A stretch of DNA of 23,027 bases from Chiloscyllium plagiosum (GCF_004010195.1 NC_057718.1:64485637-64508663), one strand, 5' to 3'; positions 10,102-20,048 are shown, counted from the stretch's first letter. Numbers and translations are program-made. The notes: generated from the sequence alone by a model not told the origin.

Positions 10102-10671
10102 CTTGATAAAGTGAGTGTGAAGAGGATATTTTCTCTTGTGGGTCAATCCGGAACTAGAGGGGATGGTTTTAAAATTAGGTGTTACTCTTTTGGGACAGAG
10201 ATGTGAAGAATGGTTTTTCCTCTCAGAGGGTTTTAAGAATTTTGAACTGTTTGTCTCAGAGAGCAATGGAGAGCGGGCCTACTGAATATTATTAAAACCT
10301 TGCTGGATAGATTCTTGTTTGTTAGGAGACAAGGATTATTGGGAGCAGATGGGAATGTGGAATTTGAAACATTCAAATTGGATCAGGCTCGATTGGCCAA
10401 ATGGTCAATTTCTGTTCACATTTGAGCCAACATATCAAACCAGATGGTGATTGCTAGAAGACAAGGGCTATTCTTTGACCATGTGATTCCTAACTCTGAT
10501 GTCCAACCCAACCACTCCTGGCCCGTGGGCAGATAATGAATCTACTGCATATATTCGTATAAAGGTCAAATTGAAGACAGTTTTTTAAAACTGAAATTAG
10601 GGAGTCGACTAAAACACGAGGTATTGTTTTCGAGTGGGTGAAACTCATGCTTGGTATGAGTCACAAAATGG

Positions 10672-10770
10672 GGGTTTAGATCAGAGTGGTGCTGAAAAAG
10701 CACAGCAGGTCAGGCAGCATCCGAGGAGCAGGAAAATCGACGTTTCGGGCAAAAGCCCTTCATCAGGAAT
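10672..10770 (-). mobile_element. Penelope-derived single-arm element with hammerhead-like motif and 13-bp TSD
   Basis: Near-identical to the 8086 element arm; flanks agtcacaaaatgg (10659-10671) and agtcaaaaaatgg (10771-10783); minus strand CTGATGA-A-GGGCTTTTGCCC-GAAAC-GTC. Confidence 0.88.
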
Positions 10771-11609
10771 AGTCAAAAAATGGACAAACAAGAGCCAGAT
10801 CTCCAAATGAAATAATAAACAACAAAAGGAGAAAGAATTATGGCCATTATTGAATAGTTATCTACAAAATAACTGTCTCCATTCTGCCTCTGATGGTAGA
10901 ATGGTACGGTAATCTCCCGTACCTGTTGGGGATACTTTCCAAGTCCTACCGTGGAAGCATTCCTAAAGCTGTTCTGTGTATAAGTGGTATAATTTATACC
11001 ATATTGAACTTTTAGAACTAACTTGAGATGTAAGGTAATCCTAGGAATTTGGTAGTTGAGGCAGATATTGTTTGGCAGAAATACTTGCAATTAAATCAGT
11101 CATATGATGGTATGATGCTCTCAAATCTCTTGTACTTTTTGTATTGTTTGTGTTTCTTGGATATTAGCAAAGCTAAACAAAGACAAATGGCCCCAGTTTG
11201 TACAAAGTGCTAAAACAATTATAATACTATCATACTATATAGGTCAATATCTACAGGGTTGAATTTGGGACACATGGTGAAGAAAACAGTTTGTACTCAA
11301 GTCTTGATTGTCATTTGAATTTCATCTTCGTAAGTAAGTAGTAAGTAAGTTATTAAGTACTAGCGAGAGAAAGACAATCACAAACGTGATGAGGTTCTGA
11401 AAGAAGGATTCAGGGAGCTAGGAGAGAAGTTAAAGAGGAGGACCTCAAAGGTAGTGATCTCGGGATTACTAACAGTACCACGTGCTAGCCAGTGTAGAAA
11501 TGAAAAAATAGGCAGGATGGCTTGAGAGATGGTGTAGGAGGGAGTAAGAACGAATTGGCATTAACCTGTAAAAGCTTTTCTTCCTCTTACTTGCAGTTAA
11601 TTTCCTTCT

Positions 11610-12030
11610 CTTGTGCAGACATGAAAATCACTCAGTGGAAGTCTGTCCAGAAGCTACTAAAGACTCTCGACTCCACCTCCACTTCTAAGGAGAAAGCAGT
11701 TTCGAGTCTTTCATCTGCACCTTCCATCAGCTCACAGACTTTCACTTCATTCAGTTCTCTATCTAGATTAGAGTCAGGAAAACATTCCAGTGAGCATACC
11801 ACTGACATATCACTGCAGTTGGTTGAGGAAGAAATGCCCAAAGCTGCTGGCACTCAGAGGACTGTCAGAATCAGGCACTGGCTCAGCCCCAGACAGGAGA
11901 TGATCCCATGGTGTTGGACGTTAATGACTTTATCAAAATGCATGGAGAGGCACAGGAACAGCAGGCAGATGTATCAGAGACGGTCCACAACTGGATCAAA
12001 AGATGGAGGAGTTCTCCAACATTTTCAGTA
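11610..12030 (+). mobile_element. Possible decayed Harbinger accessory (Myb/SANT) gene exon
   Basis: Acceptor ttccttctcttgtgcag| then an S/T-rich open stretch (APSISSQTFTS...ESGKHSSEH...AAGTQRT) resembling remembered shark Harbinger internal sequence. Confidence 0.35.
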
Positions 12031-12064
12031 CAGTGCTCGCTCTCTGTGTGTTTGGCTGCCTCCA

Positions 12065-12435
12065 TGAACAGACTGTCTGCATCTGTGGAGAGAGAAAAAC
12101 AGAGTTAATGTTTCAAGTTCAATCTGACTCTTCTTCAGAACTGACAGGGCTGGAAAGTGAAAAGGAGGAGTGAGTGGAATAGATGGTGAGGGTTCCCACA
12201 GCAAAAGACAAAGGGACAAGGAACAATAGGTATGTTTTATGTTTGCTTATCTCCTCTACCTCCACTATTAACACTTTTTTTGTGTTTTGCTGTGGGCACC
12301 CCCATCATCTATTCCACTTGTTCCTCCTCCCCTTTGCCAACGCACAAAAAACATAATTTTCAAGCCCCCTTCAGTTCTGATCAGACTCAAAATGTTTCTC
12401 TCTCCACGGATGCTGCCAGACTTGCTGAGTTTTTG
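12065..12435. mobile_element. Decayed Penelope-derived long inverted element
   Basis: Nested complementary blocks gcatctgtggagagagaaa/tttctctctccacggatgc, tcagaactga/tcagttctga, ggaggagtgagtggaatagatggtg/catcatctattccacttgttcctcc, cccacagcaaaa/ttttgctgtggg. Confidence 0.75.
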
Positions 12436-12734
12436 AATGCAGGGACCTGTGCTCTACCACTCATTACCAGAGGCAAGGTGAGTGGAGGATGAAGGATCTC
12501 AATCTCACTCCATGTGCCCCTTTCTCTCAGATAGACATGGTGGTGCCATTAGGCAGCCAGAGGCAGAAGGAGAAGGCACACACAGGATCAGCCCTTCCAC
12601 CTCCATCTTGTCTGTGATGCCAAAACCGGCATAATTCCAAGCTGAGGAGGGTGAGCCTGATTCTGGGTGTGATACTGTCAACAGGCCTGGACCCTCTAGC
12701 TCTAAATATGGTCAAGTCTTCCAAGCCAATAGGC

Positions 12735-12845
12735 CCAGAACTGAAGAAGTCATACCAGATTCAAAACTTTACTTTTACCTGTCTCTCCATAAGTGAAGCC
12801 AGACTCGCTCGGTTTCTCTGGCATTCTTTGTGTTTATTTTAGGCC
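12735..12845 (+). mobile_element. Degenerate Penelope-derived arm
   Basis: ctgaagaagtcataccagattcaaaac...tctctccata...gccagactcgctcggtttctctggcattctttgtgtttatttt. Confidence 0.55.
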
Positions 12846-13132
12846 CAAATACAGACCAGGGCTATCTCTATTCCGGCTTCTGGCATTGCAACTGCATTTA
12901 GACATTAAGAGAGACAAGGAATGATAAATCAACCTGAGGGCAGATAGGTGGCATATATTATAAATTACAAATCAATGTAAAGTTTCTTACATGTTTGTAA
13001 ATATATGCATCTGCATTCTTAAAATGTCTCCTGTCGTGCTTTTGTCACTGCCACTGTTACTAATTAAGTTGCATCGGCAAGATGAGCAGCTCTTCAGGTA
13101 CTCTAAGGATGAAAGAATTTGTAATGGCCAAG

Positions 13133-13811
13133 TGTTGTCTACATGGACTTTAGCAAGGACTTCGAGAAAGTTCCGCATGGTCACCTTTATTAGTCAGAGT
13201 ATTGAGTACAGGAGTTGGGAGGTCATGTTGCAGTTGTATAGGACATTGGTTAGGCATGGTATATTGCATGGAATTGTGGTCTCCTTCCTATTAGAAAGAT
13301 GTTGTGAAACTTTAAAGGGTTCAGAAAAGATTTACAAGGATGTTGCCAGGGTTGGAGGATTTGAGCTACAGAGAGAGATTGAATAGGCTGAGCTGTTTTC
13401 CCCGGAGCATCGGAGACTGAGGGGTGACCTTATAGAGGTTTCTAAAATCATGAGGGGCATGGATAGGATAAATAGACAAAGTCTCTTCCCTGGGGTGGGG
13501 GAATCCAGAACTAGAGGGCATAGGTTTAGGGTGAGAGAGGAAAGACATAAAAGAGACCTAAGGGGCTACCTTTTCACGCAGTGGGTGGCATGTGCATTGA
13601 ATGAGCTGCCAGGGAAGTAGTGGAGGCTAATACGATTGCAACACTTAAAAGGCATCTGGATGTGTATATGAATAGGAAGGGTTTGGAGGGATATGGGCTG
13701 GGTACAGGCAGGTGGGACTAGACTGGGTTGGGATATCTGGTCGGCATGGACAAGTTGGATGGAAGGGTCTGTTTCTGTGCTGTACATCTCTATGACTCTA
13801 TGACTCTATGA
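13133..13811 (+). mobile_element. CR1 (HER1-like) 3' part with internal deletion and (CTCTATGA)3 tail
   Basis: VVYMDFSKDFEKVPHG jumps directly to FISQSIEYRSWEVMLQLYRTLVR; C-terminal TRGH and 3'UTR; tail at 13788-13811. Confidence 0.93.
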
Positions 13812-14089
13812 GGGAGGGGTTCAGATTTGTTGGACATTGGGACCGGTTCTGGGGAAGGTGGGACTATTACAAAATGGACGGTCTACATCTGAACCAGACC
13901 GGAACCAATGTCCTTGGGGGAGTTTTTGCTACTGCTGTTGGGGAGGTTTTAAACTAATGTGGCAGGGGACTGGGAACCCGAAGAGAAAACAAGTAGGAGC
14001 GACGCAGAGACTGAAGACTGTAAGAATCATGAAGATAGCATTAATAAAAGGAAGAGTAGGCAGAGAGCAGATGAGCACAAAAGAACTGG

Positions 14090-15830
14090 AGGCTTGAAAT
14101 GCATCTACTTTAATGCAAAGAGTATAGTATGTAAGGCAGATGAACTTATGGCTTGGATTGGTGCCTGGGATTATGACGTTATTACAATCACAGAGACTTG
14201 GTTGAAGGAAGGGCATGATGATTGGCAACTGAATGTTCCAGGATATAGATGTTTCAGACAGGGCAGGGAGGGAAGTAAAAGGGAGGGGTGGAGTTGCATT
14301 GCTGGTCAGGGACGATATCACGGCTGTGCGAAAGGAGCACACTATGATGGTCTTGGGTAGTGAGGCATTATGGGTGGAGCTGAGAAATAAGAAGGATGCA
14401 CTTACATTGTTGGGGCTGTATTACAGGCCTCCCAACAGTGAGCGTGAGGTAGAAGAACAAATAGGTAAACAGATTATGAATAGATGTAGAGGCAACAGGG
14501 TAGTGGTGATGGGAGATTTTAATTTTCCCAACATTGACTGGGATACACTTAGCGTCAGAGATCTGGATGGGGTAGAATTTGTAAGAAGTGTCCAGGAGAG
14601 TTTTCGAGAACAGTATGTCAATAGTCCGACGAGGGAAGGGGCCATATTAGACCTGGTATTGGGGAATGAGCCAGGACAGGTGGTAGAAGTTGCGGTGGGG
14701 GATTTCTTTAGGAACAGTGACCACAATTCTGTAAGTTTTAGAATACTCGTAGATAAAGAAGAGAGTGATCCTAAGGGAAGAGTACTAAACTGGGCCAAGG
14801 CCAGTTATATCAAAATTAGGCAGGAGCTCAGAAATGTGGATTGGACACAGCTATTTGAAGGGAAGTCCACATTTGAGATGGGGTAGGCTTTCAAAGATAG
14901 TGCAGGATAAGCATGTCCCGTTGAAGGCAAAGGATAGGAAGGGCAAGATTCGTGAACCGTGGATGACAGGAGAAATTGTACGACTAGCCAAGAGGAAAAG
15001 GGAAGCGTACATAAGGTCTAGGTATCTAAGAACAGAACGAGCCCTGGAGGAATATTGGAAGAGTAGGACAAGTCTTAAACGAGGAATCAAGTGGGCTAAA
15101 AGGGGTCATGAAATAGCTTTAGCAAGCAGAATTAAGGAAAATCACAAAGCATTTTATTCTTATATAAGAAGCAAGCAGGTAACTAGAGAAAGGATTGGTC
15201 CATTAAAGGATAATGAAGGACGGCTGTGTGTCAAACCTGAGCGAATGGCTGAGATTCTGAATGATTACTTTGCATCAGTGCTCACTGAGGAGAGGGACAT
15301 GATGAATCCTGAGATTAGAGATAGAAGTTTGATTAGTCTGAATCATGTTGACATAAATAGGGAAGGTGTGTTGGGTAGGCTAGAGGTTATTAAGATGGAC
15401 AAATCTCCAGGACCAGATGGGATCTATCCCAGATTGCTGAGGGAGGCAAGAGATGAAATAGCTGGGGCCCTGACAGATAGCTTTGTCAGGGTGTTGCCTG
15501 GTATGGAAGGTGCTAGCTATGAAGAGAGGTTGAGTAGGTTAGGTTTATTTTCATTAGAAAAAAGGAGATTGAGGGGGGACCTGATTGAGGTTTACAAAAT
15601 CATGAAGGGTATAGACAGGGTGGATAGAGACAATCTTTTTCCCCAGGGTGAAGGATTCAATAATGAGAGGTCACGCTTTCAAGGTGAGAGGTGGAAAGTT
15701 TAAGGGGGATACATCCGGCAAGTACTTCACACAGAGGGTGGTGGGTGTTTGGAACGCATTGCCAGCAGAGGTGGTAGAGGCAGGTAGATTCATTTAAGAT
15801 GGGTCTGGACAGATGCATGAGTAGGTGGGG
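14090..15830 (+). pseudogene. CR1 ORF2 pseudogene (APE endonuclease, linker, C-terminus)
   Basis: LKCIYFNAKS, ITETWL, GGGVALLV, YYRPPN, MGDFNFPNIDW, ILDLV, SDHN, KSPGPDGIYP across three frames; TAG at 14884-14886; RT core missing at ~15485. Confidence 0.93.
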
Positions 15831-16429
15831 AGCAGAGGGATATAGATGCTTAGGAGTTGACCGACAGGTTTAGACAGTACATTTGGATCTGCTCAGGCCG
15901 AAGGGCCTGTTCCTGGGCTGTAAATTTTCTTTGTTCTTTGTTCTTTGTAAGTCAATATCCATATGGTCGTTTAAATTGGGCAGTTTACCTTCCAACCAGC
16001 CCCCGGTCCTGGGTTCTGGAATGTTCCCTGTAATATGTTTGGGCCACGGTAAAACGCGGGAAACTGAAACTGCGGAAACCGATTCTGCGGATTACAGTAA
16101 TTCTGAAAACCTGGAGTGGAGCGTGGCAGCTGACGGATTGGAAGATCCAAGCAGAGTGGTACAGCCAGCAGAATGGAAAGCCGGAGCAGAGTGCAACGGG
16201 CAGGCACACTGACTCATAAATGTTGATCTGTAACTGTGAAGAACTAGGGTAGGCTTACACATGAAATATATCGAAAATACAAGATTTTTTGGCCAAAGTA
16301 AGGGGTCACCTTACACACGAGATCAACCTATACATGAGTATATATGGTAATTTGCCACAGGAAAATCTGTAAATCAGTGCTCTGCAACAAAACTGAAATG
16401 TGACCTTGTCAACCAGAGGCTGACAATAG

Positions 16430-17075
16430 TTCAACCTTGTCCCTTTACCTGACTAGAGGCTGTTAGTGCCTGGTGCCACATCACCTACCAGTTTGTGTTG
16501 TGCTACCTGCTGAAGATCACTTATTGCCTGTATCTGAGCTGTGAGTGTGAGATGAGCCACATGTTTCCTTATCATTAGACTCTTGCTCTGCTTGGACATC
16601 ACACTTTCCACCAGCACCTGGCTAGTTGTTGACTATCTGAAAGCAGAAAGGTAGAACACCAAGGTGATGAGAGAAATGGGGAAAAAGCAATATTGTGTGC
16701 AGCTTGTAAATCAGAAGAAGGGGACATGAGAAAGTAGATTACTTGTCGACACAGAAAAAGTGAGGATTGCAGATGCTGGAGAGTCAAAGTTGAAAACTGT
16801 TTGCTGGAAAAGCACAGCAGGTCAGGCAGCATCCGAGGAGCAGGAAAGTCGACATTTCGGACATGAGCCCCTCATCAGGAATGTGGAAGGAGAATGGGGC
16901 TGAGCGATAAATGTTGACAGAGTGGAGCAGTCTTGACATTCTTCCCACAGTGCTGAGTCTTGAGTTCCTCCAGACAACTGAGGCTGTACTGACCAGGCTG
17001 GCATCCTTGAACCACACTAATGTGCCTTGAGACATTGTCTCGAATGCTTTGGGTTTGATTGACATCTTTTAGCCC
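16430..17075 (-). mobile_element. Decayed Harbinger-type Myb/SANT gene remnant, interrupted by the 16753-16883 element
   Basis: Minus ORF has WFKDASLVSTASVVWRNSRLSTVGRMSRLLHS (cf. W..VA..VS.....R...QC.KRM.DL trihelix pattern); downstream acceptor ttctacctttctgctttcag. Confidence 0.4.
16753..16883 (-). mobile_element. Penelope-derived single-arm element with hammerhead-like motif
   Basis: Same family as 8086; minus strand attc-CTGATGA-G-GGGC-TCAT-GTCC-GAAAT-GTC. Confidence 0.85.
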
Positions 17076-17670
17076 CAATATTTAAAGACCGACGAGGTCC
17101 CTCTCTGGCTGTGGTGGGGTCTGTAATGCTACTGAAGTTAAGATACTGCAATTTGAGGCTGCTAACCCCATTCACTCTATTTTAACCCTTTCTTCAGATC
17201 GTTCCCACTAGTTGGGCAATGGTTTTGAAGTGAACAATTGACTCTGAACCTTCTATCTTTTTCATGAAATAGCTGCTGCAACTAGTGGTCATTTTAAAAG
17301 TAAACGCAACAATGCAAAGTCATGGTTGTGACCTTGGACATAAAAAGGAACTTTGACAAATGATCGATACGCAACAATGATGGTGTTTCCAGGTAATCAA
17401 AACCATACTTAGAATTTCCCTAAGATATGGGAATTGTGCCATTATTATGCAAATGACAGTCCCGAGAAAACTATTCAGGTAGGTGTGATCCTGTGAATGG
17501 ATGAGCCCTCATGCTAGTGAACCACAACAATAATCTAGTCAAGTGCAAATCCTGGCCCACTTCTGGACCTGGTGAAACTCTGCTGCTGAATTTGCATACA
17601 TTCCACACATTTCCCAGTACTGAAATAAGAAATAGTGGAAATGTTCAGCAGATTCACCTGCATCTCCAAA

Positions 17671-17841
17671 GAGAAATTACCGTCACCATTTAGGGCGTCA
17701 ACCTCTCCTCAGTTCACGGTATTTTTCTGACAGGTTAAAACCTGAAGCATTAACCTGGTTAATGCTTCAGGTTTTAACCTGTCAGAAAAATACCGTGAAC
17801 TGAGGAGAGGTTGACGCCCTAAATGGTGACGGTAATTTCTC
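17671..17841. repeat. Perfect palindrome: 85-bp arms with a 1-nt spacer
   Basis: 17671-17755 is the exact reverse complement of 17757-17841, checked base by base; centre T at 17756. Confidence 0.97.
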
Positions 17842-18596
17842 ACTCAGATGTTGATAGATTCCCTTTGTTTCTACAACTCTTTATATTTAGCATTCTAGTA
17901 GTTCATTATTTTCCACCACTTCTTTGAATTACTTACTCCCTGAGCCCTATGTATGCATTGCCTTCATGTGCATCTGATCTATTTGCTTACTTAGTGTAAC
18001 TTATTTTACACTAATGATGAGATATAGTTTACCATAGGATGGGGTTTACTATAGTTGGAACATAAGATATATAATCTGTTTTTCCCTTTAATTTCCCGAG
18101 TAAGCTTTGAGTTCTTAAATGCCTCTGAACTCACACTGGTTTCAAATCTGCTTTGGAAATGCAAGATGATGAAAGGTTTATACTACCCAGATCACAGATG
18201 GGGGAACTGAAGTTGAGGCTGTTTTTCCTGCTCCCAAGGTTCCTGCTTCTTGGTGCTGATGTTCTCCCTGGAGTGTGTTTGAGAGACCCTCTGATTTGAG
18301 AGGCTTCTTTTAACTAGTTGTCCATGTCATTCCCAAGGACAGTGGCTTAATAGTAGTTTGATGTGATAATGTAATTAGCATAATTCATTTACTCCATGTA
18401 AATTGAGTTTCTGTCCCATGAGGGGGTTACAAAAGACTGTACTGGATATCACAATTTTTCTGTTGATTGAGCTGTCCCTAGGAACTGGGCTTTCTTAAAA
18501 ACTGTTCTACTGAACTTCAGATCTATTATTTCACATGAAACCTTACAGCATTGTCTCATCAACACCTATTCAAAAGTCAGAAGTCACACAGCTTTC

Positions 18597-18724
18597 AGGA
18601 GAAAGTGAGGTCTGCAGATGCTGGAGATCAGAGCTGAAAATGTGTCGCTGGAAAAGTGGAGCAGGTCAGGCAGCATCCAGGGAACAGGAGAATCGACGTT
18701 TCGGGCATAAGCCCTTCCTGAAGA
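18597..18724 (-). mobile_element. Penelope-derived arm, truncated at the inversion junction
   Basis: aaagtgaggtctgcagatgctggag...gcaggtcaggcagcatcc...aatcgacgtttcgggcataagcccttc|ctgaaga. Confidence 0.85.
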
Positions 18725-19654
18725 TGGCTTGTGTATTTATTGGGTGTTTGATATAATTTGACAGTGAATGCTGCAAGCTTCCTGGCTCAGTATCTCAGTT
18801 CCACTGTCTCATTAACACCTATTCAATATAATCAATCAAGGGAACTGGTTTGCATATGTGTTTGTGTGGCCTGATCCAATTCCCAGCACACTATTCAGTT
18901 GGCCAGTTTTTCCAGCACGGTGTTCAGTTGGCCAATGCTGTTAGTGTCCCAAAAGTGGGGAGAGAATATATATGTTTCAGGTACTTTCCTTAAGACCTGT
19001 GGAATGGGGACAACAGGCAATTAGACAGGAAAGAAATCTGGCAATTGGGGAGCCTTGGGTGTTGTGAAGAGACACAAAACCAGGAGAAGGAGGAAAGCCA
19101 GTACATGCTTTGGAACGAGTGAACACAGGGAGAGTAGGGAGAGGAGAGACTGGAGATAAGCACTTTGCTGAGGGGAAGATTTATAAACAAATACATCATA
19201 AAGTCTTTTTTTTGGGGGGGGTTGTGGTTCTCTGCAATCACATTGTTGGGAATTGAAGAATGTCCATGATCAGCAGCAGAAGGAACATTCTAAATTGAAA
19301 GAATAAGTTGCATCGAAGACTAAGGAACAAATGTTACAATTTGAAAACAATGCTTGCAATCAGCTTTCTGTAATTTTATAAAAATATAACTGTTATATCA
19401 ATGAAAAGGCTTATGTTTGTAATGTCCTATTTTGTTATTTCTTCTCAAGGTATTTTACTGTTGTAAGATATAGAGAGATTTTTATCTCTCCCTCTTTCTC
19501 TCTAGATTGCAGATTCCACAGTTTGGAAAGGCATGTTTAAACGTCCTCCACTATGGTGAATCAGTGACTAGATGCAGACACCTAGCAATCTTGTATTTAA
19601 CTGAAACTTCCAGAATAACAGCTGAAGCCCTATGTAAAAGATTTACTTATGATA

Positions 19655-19784
19655 TTAGATTATTGCCTCAGTAGGAGATTCTTTATTGCTTTCAAAAAAT
19701 ACTTGGATGCCATTCTCAAGAGAAGTTGCTTGCCTCTTCATAGGTAAAGATGAACTTTGAAATGTTGTTTTGTACATATTTATG
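19655..19784 (-). CDS. Probable terminal coding exon (phase 2): INMYKTTFQSSSLPMKRQATSLENGIQVFFESNKESPTEAII-stop
   Basis: Minus-strand acceptor tcattttatctccactttgttgtttatattgttcag|, open frame to TAA, AT-rich non-repetitive downstream region resembling a 3'UTR. Gene not recognised. Confidence 0.45.
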
Positions 19785-19949
19785 CTGAACAATATAAACA
19801 ACAAAGTGGAGATAAAATGACTGTGTATGAAAAGCCTGACACCGGAATTGTTATGTATTCTGTTGTGGCTCAACACATTATTCTTTTTCTTCTTTGGAGT
19901 TATCTGCTTGAAGGCAGATCTGACTCACAGTGACAAAATCTCTGTTGCA

Positions 19950-20048
19950 GGCAGGCCCCAAATCCAACCCAGCGAAACGGCCAATGCTGTTGGCACCAAT
20001 CTGATCCACACCAGTCATCTAACTAACTGAGCCATTGATCCCCCAAAC
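19950..20048 (-). mobile_element. Possible tRNA-derived SINE head fragment
   Basis: Minus strand tggctcagttagttagatgactgg...tgccaacagc (box A-like); box B not preserved. Confidence 0.35.

Larger units (their letters stand above)
8312..10425 (+). mobile_element. Old CR1 LINE in three pieces (8312-8555, 9156-9426, 10102-10425)
   Basis: Colinear decayed motifs FKKG, GFIKGKS, FQKAFD, LIELYKILNG|LDKV and 3'UTR; interrupted by an LTR and a younger CR1. Confidence 0.75.
11382..15947 (+). mobile_element. CR1 LINE: ORF1 esterase end, ORF2 endonuclease, RT mostly deleted, (TTCTTTG)n tail; split by the 11545-13809 insert
   Basis: ORF1 KRDEVLKEGFRELGEKLKRRTSKVVISGLL...WCRRE|GFRFVGHWDRFWGRWDYYKMDGLHLN (stop 13955-13957); ORF2 motifs below; tail at 15927-15947. 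Confidence 0.93.
10907..16097. mobile_element. Tigger/MER44-like MITE; own sequence 10907-11381 and 15948-16097
   Basis: Left ta|cggtaatctcccgtacctgttggggatactttccaagtcc and right ttctggaatg...cgcgggaaactgaaactgcggaaaccgattctgcggattacag|ta resemble the two ends of MER44/Tigger7 as remembered; the right TIR has a ~9-bp deletion at a gat microhomology. Confidence 0.65.
10545..16347. mobile_element. Tc1/mariner (Tc2-like) MITE, outer element of the nest; own sequence 10545-10906 and 16098-16347
   Basis: Left ta|ctgcatatattcgtataaaggtcaa and right (reverse complement) ta|ccatatatactcatgtataggttga both fit a decayed CCGTATATACTCGTGTATAGGTCGA TIR; TA on both sides; subterminal gtcgac...acacgag-type repeats. 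Confidence 0.65.

Noticed and set aside
11522..12067. 181-aa ORF as a host gene
   Set aside because: Starts inside CR1 ORF1, crosses the insertion junction and an intron-like tract; looks like a transposon relic.
14233..15703. Long ORFs (217 aa, 289 aa) as functional genes
   Set aside because: They are frameshifted pieces of one CR1 ORF2 with a stop and no RT core.
11240..15969. taggtcaatatctacagggt vs taagtcaatatccatatggt as a TSD of the CR1
   Set aside because: Only ~80% identical and the left copy lies ~120 bp from the CR1 start; more likely an internal MITE repeat or chance.
15883..16212. Three overlapping ORFs in a CpG-rich patch
   Set aside because: The region spans a CR1 tail, a Tigger-like terminus and MITE sequence; the open frames are incidental.
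19506..19672. Plus-strand exon after a CT-rich acceptor
   Set aside because: The tract is a CT microsatellite-like run, the peptides are unrecognisable and it overlaps the putative minus-strand 3'UTR.
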